This document shows positions 28,127 to 36,566 of a stretch of 53,190 nt of DNA, piece by piece. The DNA lies in assembly GCA_964412085.1 (NCBI GenBank), contig CAYPMY010000001.1:1-53190 (forward strand). Reading direction: 5' to 3'. The notes below the pieces were generated by a model. It searched no databases. It saw only the letters and a program-made list of their open reading frames with translations, and had not been told where the DNA came from. The position numbers and the translations under genes are program-made. The stretch's first letter is position 1. The number at the start of each line of letters is the position of its first letter. The stretch comes from an uncultured Paraprevotella sp. Its GTDB lineage: Bacteria > Bacteroidota > Bacteroidia > Bacteroidales > Bacteroidaceae.

Positions 28127-29740
28127 ATGGCAAGACAAGCTGAATACAAACCGCTACTTTATACAACAACCGTTCGCAACCCCGAGCGATATAAAGATTT
28201 TATACATTTGCTCAAAAGATTTGATGGACAAATCCTAACAGCTAATATCGTTGAGCAAGTCGAGAGAGAGACTTTCAAATGTGGGCTTTACCGTCCAGTG
28301 AAGCGTATCCCTGCATCAGCAAAAGCCAAATGGGGCAATACTAAAGAGGGTGATTTTGGAGAATATGCCCTTACCGACGAGGAAACCAAAATCATCTATG
28401 ATGGCAACGATCCGAATTTGCACGATGATATAAAAGGACATAAAGAAGCGGGGTTTGAAAAAGGTTGGGAAAGTCGTTTTGATACCCAGTACAAACTTTT
28501 GAAAGTATTAGGTTTTGTGTATTATCGTATGGGAGAACCTATCCGGTTCTCCGAAACAGGGAATTTTCTCGCTTCAACTGTTGAAATAACCTATGGGGAA
28601 GACGGTACTGTGAACAGAGAAATTGTTAACCCTCAAAATGAGCAGGTCGCATTTATGCAGGCTTTCGCCAAGCAACAGAGGTGTAATCCGTTTATTAGAG
28701 AATTGAACGACAATATACCGCTCATCCTTTTGTTAAAGGTCATTCGGTTGCTTGATGCTGATCCCGAATATAACGGTTGCGGCATTTCATACAAAGAGAT
28801 TCCGTTATTGCTGTTTTGGAAAAATAATGACGCTGATGCTTTGTATGGCCGCATTAAGCAATTACGCAATGAGCATGGTTACAAACCTTCGCCCGAAGTC
28901 ATCGTTGATGTTTGTATCAACGAAATACTCGGGGGATTCAAAGAATTCAAAATGAAGTCTATTGTTTCCGAATACCCGGATGACTTTGTTCGTAAAATGC
29001 GTATGACAGGGCTTGTCTCATTCCGTGGTGGCGGGCGTTTCATTGACATCAACCACAACGAGGATGAGAAGATTGATTATATTCTCCATACATTCTCTGA
29101 TTACGACAAGTACGAGACTGAGCGGGATTATTTCAACTATATGGCTTCGGTTGACGAGCATCTGTTTAGTATCAGAGGCATAGAAGTCAATAGGAATGAG
29201 GCTGCCGACAAACTTATTGAATGGACGAACACCTATGATTGGGAAGCCATAAAAGTGGAGTTAACGCATCTTGCCAAAAGGACCGCCTCTAAAGATGATA
29301 CTCTTAAATTCATTGATGCTCCATCTCGTCTTGAGTTTCTTACGGCACTTGCCATCAAAACGAAATTGCCCCATGTGGAAGTGATACCCAATTACCCGAT
29401 GGACGACACAGGGTTGCCTACGTCGACAGCTGGCGGCGGCGTCAGTGATATTGAGTGTATCGAGAATCCCAACGCAATTCTTGTCGAAGTTACTATGGCA
29501 CAAGGGCGCACTCAGACCATGATGGAAGTATGGCCTATCGAACGGCATCTTAGCGAGTTTATTGAGAAATACAAGATAGAATCCCAGTGCGTATTTGTGG
29601 CACCTACGATATTTGGTGATACGGAAAGGCAGATAAAATTCGTGAAAGTCGATAGAGGGCTTGCCATTCGACCATACGAAATCGACGATTTTGTCGGCTA
29701 TCTCGAAACCAATGACACGCTATACAATCCAACGAATTAA
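28127..29740 (+). CDS. AlwI-family type IIS restriction endonuclease
   Basis: N-terminal YTTTVRNPER and C-terminal PD-(D/E)xK-like AGGGVSDIEC...LVEVTM...EVWPIERHL. Follows two m6A MTases, as expected for an asymmetric recognition site. Confidence 0.82.
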   Translation: MARQAEYKPLLYTTTVRNPERYKDFIHLLKRFDGQILTANIVEQVERETFKCGLYRPVKRIPASAKAKWGNTKEGDFGEYALTDEETKIIYDGNDPNLHDDIKGHKEAGFEKGWESRFDTQYKLLKVLGFVYYRMGEPIRFSETGNFLASTVEITYGEDGTVNREIVNPQNEQVAFMQAFAKQQRCNPFIRELNDNIPLILLLKVIRLLDADPEYNGCGISYKEIPLLLFWKNNDADALYGRIKQLRNEHGYKPSPEVIVDVCINEILGGFKEFKMKSIVSEYPDDFVRKMRMTGLVSFRGGGRFIDINHNEDEKIDYILHTFSDYDKYETERDYFNYMASVDEHLFSIRGIEVNRNEAADKLIEWTNTYDWEAIKVELTHLAKRTASKDDTLKFIDAPSRLEFLTALAIKTKLPHVEVIPNYPMDDTGLPTSTAGGGVSDIECIENPNAILVEVTMAQGRTQTMMEVWPIERHLSEFIEKYKIESQCVFVAPTIFGDTERQIKFVKVDRGLAIRPYEIDDFVGYLETNDTLYNPTN

Positions 29741-29763
29741 TTTACAACACAATATCATGCTTT

Positions 29764-30013
29764 TGCGCCGACGCGGACGAGTTCGGTTGCCGTGCGCGGG
29801 ACAGGCCGCGGCATTCCTCGGGAGGCTTGAGCAAAGTGTCAATCCAAGGCTTGCGAGGTTTCCTTATTCGGGAGCCTCTTCCGGATTCCCCGGAAATACG
29901 CGATTCTCGCGCATCCGCAAAAGGCCGGGAAGTAAGCCTTTTGCGGATTTTGCTTCCATTTTGGCAAAGGGAAGGGCGCGGTTCACGTAGATTGCGCCTT
30001 GACGTGAAAGCAT
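29764..30013 (+). repeat. 250-bp direct repeat, copy 2 (right flank of RM cassette)
   Basis: Near-identical to 25324-25573. Starts 24 bp after the REase stop. Confidence 0.97.
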
Positions 30014-30426
30014 GAATCCAAGTTCGTAGGGCATTTTGTCATCCGCTTTTTGTGGCCGGGGACATTTCGACGGGCGGGAAAAAGCGTCTGGTGGGAGGGG
30101 TAACATTCCATTTTCAGGCAAGTTCCGGGTTGATTCGCGCGGAACGGGCGAGCGACATAAGGACAAAAGAAGTGTTTTCTGCTTCAAACGGGAAACAGTT
30201 CGGCTGAGATAATCGGACGGTTTCGCTTAACAAACCTGAAAAACGGGCTGGAAATGTGAAAAGATGTATCCTGATTCGCCGGATTCCTTCCCTGTATGGA
30301 GGGAATCCGACGAAGCCGAGGCAGGGGAAGACGGGCGTATGGCTTTCATCCTGACTGAAAAAAGACGGAGTTCCCTTTCTTTTTGCAATCAAATGGCAGA
30401 AGCCCGTCATCGGCTGTCGCCGTCGG

Positions 30427-33279
30427 TCACCTGTGTATCTGGTGGCGTTGCATGTATTCCAGCGGGGTGCAGTTCTCCAATCTCCTGAACGCCGAAAAGA
30501 AAGTGGAGCGTTTGAAGCCGCACAATTCGCAGATTGCGGTGAGGGTGTATTGGTTGTAGGCCGGATTCCTGATGAGGCGTTTGAATTCCTCGATACGGTA
30601 GCGGTTGATGAAATCCGGGAAAGTCTGGCGGGTATATACGTTGAACATTTGCGACAAGTATCCGGCCGAGCATCCTGTGGCGCGCGCCAGATCCGTCAGC
30701 TTGAATTCGGCATTTACGTAGGGCTTCTCTTTGGAAACGTAGGATTTCACTTTCCGGTACAGCGCGGCATACTCGTCGTCGCTGAGCCTGGCCCTCTTAT
30801 ACATGGACCTGATCTTGTTTTCTTCCCTTTCCCTTTCTTTGGCCTCCTCTTCTATCTTCATGTCCCTGACGATTCTTTCCTCCAAGATCCGCAAGTCGAG
30901 GCGGTGTTTCTCCCGCAGCGCCCTTTCCAGCCGGACATGCCTTCTTCTGGACTTCGTGATTTTAAAGGCCAAGACGGTCAGGATTAGGATGAGGAGCAAC
31001 GTGGCATAACAGGAAGTGGCCGGGTAAATGCGCACCTCGTATCCCGTTTCCGTCTCGGGCGCGCCGGCGAACCTGACCCGTAGGACGTGATTCCCGAACG
31101 AGAGCCCTTTGAGGCACAAGGTCTCGTCTCCCGTGCACACCCGGAACGAGTCCCGGTCCATGGCCCATTCGTAGCAACGCCGGGACGCGGGGGTGAACCC
31201 GCTTTCCGCGACGCTGAATGCCAGCAATGCGTCCTCTTTCCGCTGCAGGAAGGGATTGAACGGCAGGGATATGGTCTTGTCGTCGTTGATTCTGTTGGCG
31301 CATTCAGGGGAAACGGGCTTGGCTCCGCGGGACAACCTGTCCAATGCGAGGGGCGGGTACTTCCTTGACGCTATCCGCGCGTATTGCTCCGGCGTGATAT
31401 ACGCCAGCCCCTTTTCCGTCCCGATCCATGCAGTCCCTCGCTCGTCCCAATAAACGCCTTTCTTGTATGAAGACAAAGGCGGGAGGTTGTCGGCTTCCGT
31501 CAGTTGGCGGAAGCCCTTGAAGTCTTTGTCGAAAAGGAATATTCCCTTGTCCGTGCCGACCCAGAAGACGCTGTCCCGGCCTTCCGAGATGAAGTACAAC
31601 CGTTCTATGTGCAGGCGGTCATACAAGTCGTATGTGCGTACCTGGCCAAGGTCTGTCTTGCAACGGTACACTTTCTCCCGGGAAGCGGCAATGATGTCGT
31701 TGTCGTGGCACAGGCAGAGGACCATGTCGCCTATCCCGTTGAAGAATCCTTCGGGAAAACCGTGCGATTGTATGAGCCGGGTTGTCGGGTCGTAGAGCGA
31801 CAGGTTCTTCATGGACGAGATCCACCCTTTCCCCTCGTTGTCGAATATCATCTCGATGAAGTACGCGTCCGGCAGCTCGGAGTTCTTGTCGGTATAATTC
31901 CGGGCGACGCGGAAGTCCTGGCCGAGGAAATGCAGTCCCAAGTCGCTCAGGGCGACCAGTTGCTTGCCATCCGGGGATATGACAAGCTTGCTGAAACGTC
32001 CGTGGCGGAGCGAGGAGGGCAGCAGGCCGTTGGAAAGTTCCTGAGTCCGGGCGTCGAGCAGGTATAAGCCGCTGCCGTAGGTGGCGATGACATATTTCCC
32101 GGAAAAGTATTGTATGTCCGTGATAATCCCCGTGCCGGTCAGCCTGGGCGGGAAATAGCGGGTGATCCCCTGGCTTTCGGAGACGAACCAGATGCCGTTG
32201 CGTGTCCCGATGACCTTCTGGCTGTCGCGTATGGCGAACGACCTGACACAAATGTCTTGCGCGTCCGTGTCCTTGAGCTCGTAGGTGGAACAGACCGGAT
32301 CGGTGTGGTAAGTATGGCAGAATCCTTTCTCGAGGAACCCCCACCAGAAAGTGCCGGAAAGGCAGTCTTGCCAAAAGGTGTAGATGGTGTTGCCGTACGG
32401 AGTGTCCGACTGGAATTGGTCGAAATGCGCCTTGACTTCCCCGCGCGCCACGTCGATGACGAAAGCGCCGTTCCCGTCTGTCGCGACATACAGCAGGTCT
32501 TTTTGGTTGCCTGTGAGGTCGGATATGACGTTGCAGCGGATGCCGGCATCCCACGGCTCGTGGGCCAGAGTCTGGCGGTTGAAACGGATGATGCCGTGAT
32601 TCTGGGTGCCGATGTACAGGAAATCGCCCAGTAAGACGAGGTCGGACAGGTGGATGGGCGAATCGTCCGGGGAAATCGTGTGTTTCGTGAATTTCCTGTT
32701 CTTGAGATTCAGGAAGACGATGTGGTTGTTGGTCGTGAGCCATACGCCGTCTTTCCCGTCGTAGGCCATGTCGTTGACGGCATTGCTCTTGGAAATGGCG
32801 TTCTTTTCTATCAGCAGTTGTTCCGCGCCCTTGCCGCCCTTGTAAATCCAGACGCCGCTCTCGCTGCCGACAAGCAATGTCTTCCCGGCCAGGCAAAAGC
32901 AGGTGGCGTTCTGGATGTCGGGGCATATCCTGGTGCTCGAGGCCGTCTCCATGTCTGCGCGGTAAAGCCCGTTGGCGCATGCCGACAGGATTTCGCCCTC
33001 CGGGTATTCTATGATGTCGTTCGTGTTGCTTAACGGAGGCACGCAGTCTATGGCGTAATTCGTGACGGAGTGTCCGTTGAAAGAGCTTATGCCGAGGTCT
33101 GTGCCGATCCACATGGTTCCCCTGTGGTCCCTGTGGAACTTATATACGGATTTCCCCCGCAGCCCCTTTGCCTCGTTGACATACTGCACGGCGTACCGGG
33201 GTGTCCGGGCGCACAAGGTACAGACGGCCGACAGCAGGAGCAAGGACCAATAAAGCCTGACGGATGGATGTTTTTTCAT
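30427..33279 (-). CDS. Membrane-anchored AraC-family regulator with periplasmic beta-propeller sensor (HTCS-like, no kinase or receiver)
   Basis: Signal peptide MKKHPSVRLYWSLLLL. Propeller repeats (RDHRGTMWIGTDLG, FWVGTDKGI, AWIGTEKGL), a Y_Y_Y-like segment, TM helix LLLILILTVLAF, then AraC HTH KPYVNAEFKLTDLA...FINRYRIEEFK...CGFKRSTFFSAFRR. Confidence 0.88.
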   Translation of the reverse strand: MKKHPSVRLYWSLLLLSAVCTLCARTPRYAVQYVNEAKGLRGKSVYKFHRDHRGTMWIGTDLGISSFNGHSVTNYAIDCVPPLSNTNDIIEYPEGEILSACANGLYRADMETASSTRICPDIQNATCFCLAGKTLLVGSESGVWIYKGGKGAEQLLIEKNAISKSNAVNDMAYDGKDGVWLTTNNHIVFLNLKNRKFTKHTISPDDSPIHLSDLVLLGDFLYIGTQNHGIIRFNRQTLAHEPWDAGIRCNVISDLTGNQKDLLYVATDGNGAFVIDVARGEVKAHFDQFQSDTPYGNTIYTFWQDCLSGTFWWGFLEKGFCHTYHTDPVCSTYELKDTDAQDICVRSFAIRDSQKVIGTRNGIWFVSESQGITRYFPPRLTGTGIITDIQYFSGKYVIATYGSGLYLLDARTQELSNGLLPSSLRHGRFSKLVISPDGKQLVALSDLGLHFLGQDFRVARNYTDKNSELPDAYFIEMIFDNEGKGWISSMKNLSLYDPTTRLIQSHGFPEGFFNGIGDMVLCLCHDNDIIAASREKVYRCKTDLGQVRTYDLYDRLHIERLYFISEGRDSVFWVGTDKGIFLFDKDFKGFRQLTEADNLPPLSSYKKGVYWDERGTAWIGTEKGLAYITPEQYARIASRKYPPLALDRLSRGAKPVSPECANRINDDKTISLPFNPFLQRKEDALLAFSVAESGFTPASRRCYEWAMDRDSFRVCTGDETLCLKGLSFGNHVLRVRFAGAPETETGYEVRIYPATSCYATLLLILILTVLAFKITKSRRRHVRLERALREKHRLDLRILEERIVRDMKIEEEAKEREREENKIRSMYKRARLSDDEYAALYRKVKSYVSKEKPYVNAEFKLTDLARATGCSAGYLSQMFNVYTRQTFPDFINRYRIEEFKRLIRNPAYNQYTLTAICELCGFKRSTFFSAFRRLENCTPLEYMQRHQIHR

Positions 33280-33354
33280 GTCAGATATTTTAGGCAGTTC
33301 CACGGGCGGACTGTCTCGTCGGCGGACGAGAGTGTCAAGTCCTTACGGCAAGCA

Positions 33355-33391
33355 CAAATATAGCATTTTTTAGGGGGGGGGGGAGAAAAAA
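33355..33391 (-). promoter_or_regulatory. Promoter of the AraC regulator with a G11/C11 homopolymer in the spacer
   Basis: Minus strand reads TTTTTTCT-CCCCCCCCCCC-TAAAAAATGC-TATATTTG. The -7 box is at 33355-62 and G11 at 33373-83. Confidence 0.6.
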
Positions 33392-33633
33392 GCGCCTCGT
33401 TTTAGAATCATTTAACGGTGCTGGGGCTGGGTTTGCAGGATACGGATTACGTGATGTGGTTCGTTGGAACGTATCCTGATTTAAGGGCGGCTCTCCGCTC
33501 CGCCGCGCGCCGGGCCTGGCGGAAGGCGGTCGCGAGGAGGGAGGAAAGGAGATGGCGGCAGGGTCGTGCGCGGCCCGGTGCCCTTGCCGCGGGAGAGGAC
33601 ATTTCGATTCAATTGACATATAAAGCTTGGATT

Positions 33634-36114
33634 ATGTGGAAGAAAATTGCGGTATGGGTAGGAATGCAGGTCTTGTGCCTCTCGTCGCACGTGCAGGGCG
33701 GTGGTTTGAAGTTATGGTACTCGCGTCCGGCGAAGGCATGGGTGGAGGCGTTGCCGTTGGGCAACTCGTCCATGGGCGTGATGGTTTACGGGGGCGTGCC
33801 GCAGGAGGAGCTGCAGCTGAACGAGGAAACGATGTGGGCGGGTGGCCCGTACCGCAACGACAGCCCGAAGGCTTTGGAGAGCCTGGCGGAAGTGCGGCGG
33901 TTGGTGTTTGAGGGGAAGGGCATGGAGGCGCAGGGCCTGATAGACCGTACGTTTTATTCCGGCCGTAACGGTATGCCTTATCAGACGCTGGGCAGTCTGC
34001 TGGTTGACCTGCCCGGACATGAGTCTTACACGGATTATTACCGTGACTTGGATATCTCGCGTGCCGTGGCCACGACACGGTATAAAGTGGACGGCGTGAC
34101 CTTTACGCGTGAATTGTTCGCCTCCTTGGCCGACAAGGCGGTCGTGATGCGCTTCACGGCGGACAGGCCCGGCAAGCTGTCCATGAGGATACATTATGAG
34201 TCCCCGTTGAAGAAGCACGCGGTGACGCGGCGGGGTTCCGACTTGGTGCTGGCGGGCGAGGGCGACGACCATGAGGGAGTGAAAGGCGTGGTGGAGATGG
34301 AAACCCGCACGAGGGTAAAGGCGGAAGGCGGAAGGCGCAGGACATCGGGGGACGCGATAGAAGTGGAGGGGGCGACATCCGTGACGGTCTATGTCGCCGC
34401 GGCCACGAACTTCAAGTCTTATAGGGAAACGGGCGGGAATCCCCGCCGCAAGGTGGAGGGAATGCTCGCCGGGGTCGTGCGGAAAGGCTATTCGGAAGCC
34501 TTGGCCGCGCATGTGGGGCGTTACAAGGCCCAGTTCGACAGGATGAGCCTGGATTTGGGAAGCAGTCCGAAGGAACGGCTGGAGACGGACGAGAGGGTGA
34601 GGCGTTCCGGCGAGGGCGACGACAGGGCATTGGCGGCGTTGCTCTTCCAGTACGGGCGTTATTTGCTCATCTCTTCTTCGCAGCCCGGAGGGCAGCCGGC
34701 TAATTTGCAAGGCATCTGGAATGACAGGCTGTCGCCCCCGTGGGACGGGAAATATACCATCAACATCAACACGGAGATGAATTATTGGCCGGCAGAAGTG
34801 ACCAACCTTTCCGAACTCCACAGTCCCTTGTTTGAGATGGTGAAGGAACTGGCCGAGAACGGGCGGGAGACTGCCCGCGTCATGTACGGCGCGAGGGGCT
34901 GGGTGGCCCACCATAATACGGACTTGTGGCGGTGCACGGGTCCCGTGGACCAGGCCTTCTACGGCACGTGGCCGCATGGCGGGGCGTGGCTTTCCACGCA
35001 TCTGTGGCAGCACTACCTGTTCACGGGCGACAAGGATTTTTTACGTGAAGCGTATCCCGTGCTGAAGGGAGCGGCCGACTTTTACATGGATTTCTTGGTT
35101 CCGCATCCCGCCTACGGCTGGATGGTGGCCGTTCCTTCCATGTCGCCGGAACACGGGCCGGGAGGCGAGGACGCGAATCGGGTCTCTACCATCGTGGCGG
35201 GTTGCACGATGGACAACCAGATTGTGTGGGACGCTTTGAACGACGCCTTGGAGGCGGCGCGGATCTTGGGCGAACCGCAAGGCTACCATGATTCGTTGCG
35301 GGCCATGATGGACAGGTTGCCCCCGATGCAAATCGGCAGGCATGGCCAGTTGCAGGAATGGCTCGAAGACGTGGACGACCCTGCGGACAGGCATCGCCAC
35401 ATTTCGCACGCGTACGGCCTGTATCCGGGGGCGCAGATTTCGCCTTACACCCGTCCCCTGCTGTTCCAGGCCGCAAGGAACACCATGTTGCAACGCGGTG
35501 ACGAGGCCACAGGATGGTCCATCGGGTGGAAGATAAACTTATGGGCCCGCCTGTTGGACGGGAATCATGCTTTCAAGTTGATATGCAATATGATGCGACT
35601 GATTCCCGGCGACGAGGAAGCAGGCGGGCACCGTGACGGCAGGCTTTATCCCAACCTGTTCGACGCACATCCGCCGTTCCAAATCGACGGGAACTTCGGC
35701 TATACGGCGGGAGTGGCCGAGATGCTGTTGCAAAGCCATGACGGCGCGGTGCATCTTTTGCCGGCTTTGCCGGATGCGTGGGGCGAAGGCCGCGTGGAAG
35801 GCATAGTCGCCCGCGGCGGTTTTGTCGTGGATATGGAATGGGAAGGCACGCGACTCCTTAGGGCTAAGATACATTCTCGCCTCGGCGGGAACCTGCGCAT
35901 CCGTTCTTATGTCCCCCTGCAGGGGGCGGGCGTCAGGAAAGCGGAGGGGGACAATCCCAATCCGTTGTTCGCAAAGACTGCCGTCAGGGAACCCTTGGTT
36001 TCCGAGGAGACGCTCCCGCAATACCCTGTGTTGCACAAGGTGTATGAGTACGACGTCATGACAGAAGCGGACGGGGATTACGTGGTGGAACGCCAGCCGG
36101 AGCCGCGTCCCTGA
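33634..36114 (+). CDS. Glycoside hydrolase family 95 (alpha-L-fucosidase / alpha-L-galactosidase)
   Basis: [66 protein letters not shown] and [11 protein letters not shown]. Start MWKKIAV. Confidence 0.95.
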   Translation: MWKKIAVWVGMQVLCLSSHVQGGGLKLWYSRPAKAWVEALPLGNSSMGVMVYGGVPQEELQLNEETMWAGGPYRNDSPKALESLAEVRRLVFEGKGMEAQGLIDRTFYSGRNGMPYQTLGSLLVDLPGHESYTDYYRDLDISRAVATTRYKVDGVTFTRELFASLADKAVVMRFTADRPGKLSMRIHYESPLKKHAVTRRGSDLVLAGEGDDHEGVKGVVEMETRTRVKAEGGRRRTSGDAIEVEGATSVTVYVAAATNFKSYRETGGNPRRKVEGMLAGVVRKGYSEALAAHVGRYKAQFDRMSLDLGSSPKERLETDERVRRSGEGDDRALAALLFQYGRYLLISSSQPGGQPANLQGIWNDRLSPPWDGKYTININTEMNYWPAEVTNLSELHSPLFEMVKELAENGRETARVMYGARGWVAHHNTDLWRCTGPVDQAFYGTWPHGGAWLSTHLWQHYLFTGDKDFLREAYPVLKGAADFYMDFLVPHPAYGWMVAVPSMSPEHGPGGEDANRVSTIVAGCTMDNQIVWDALNDALEAARILGEPQGYHDSLRAMMDRLPPMQIGRHGQLQEWLEDVDDPADRHRHISHAYGLYPGAQISPYTRPLLFQAARNTMLQRGDEATGWSIGWKINLWARLLDGNHAFKLICNMMRLIPGDEEAGGHRDGRLYPNLFDAHPPFQIDGNFGYTAGVAEMLLQSHDGAVHLLPALPDAWGEGRVEGIVARGGFVVDMEWEGTRLLRAKIHSRLGGNLRIRSYVPLQGAGVRKAEGDNPNPLFAKTAVREPLVSEETLPQYPVLHKVYEYDVMTEADGDYVVERQPEPRP

Positions 36115-36566
36115 CGGGGGCTCGGGAACCGGCGGCAAGCACGCGGCGGCTTCCCGACGATATTCCTTCGGCGCAACCGGCATGCCGTCCGCTCGGGCCT
36201 TGGCACCGGAACGCGGCGGGGCGGGCATCGTCCGGGGTAATCCGGCATTGGAGAAGCCGCCGCGGCTGTGTTCCCCCGGTTGGACGATTCGGGCGATATG
36301 GCGGTACTCGGGGATTCGCGCGGCTGGGAATGCCAATTCCCTGACGTTCGAACGGGCCGTCGTACCGAAGAGGAGGGCGGGGGAGGATGACAGTCTGCGC
36401 CATGGAGCCTGCCGTGCCGTCCGTGAGTCTCGTGAGAGGAAGAGCAGCCTATAAGTTTTGTTAAAAGATGGAATCGTGCTTACGTGAACATGCCCGTCCG
36501 TTCGTATCCAATTATGCGGGGCGGACGAGATGTAACATTTTGTATCATGATAACAGGTTGGGAAAG

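Larger units (their letters stand above)
25324..30013 (+). mobile_element. AT-rich restriction-modification cassette bracketed by long direct repeats
   Basis: Sharp drop in GC between the repeats. Three RM genes with no recombinase or transposase inside. Repeat period is 4440 bp. Confidence 0.75.

Noticed and set aside
33436-33478. 9-bp inverted repeat as an invertible promoter
   Set aside because: The 25-bp interior holds no -7 box and there is no recombinase nearby. Kept only as a possible operator.
33418-33633. Upstream extensions of GH95 (also 23405, 27118, 28100, 36468 and 19132 starts)
   Set aside because: Downstream ATGs give proper signal peptides or conserved N-termini, and the extensions overlap promoters or neighbouring genes.
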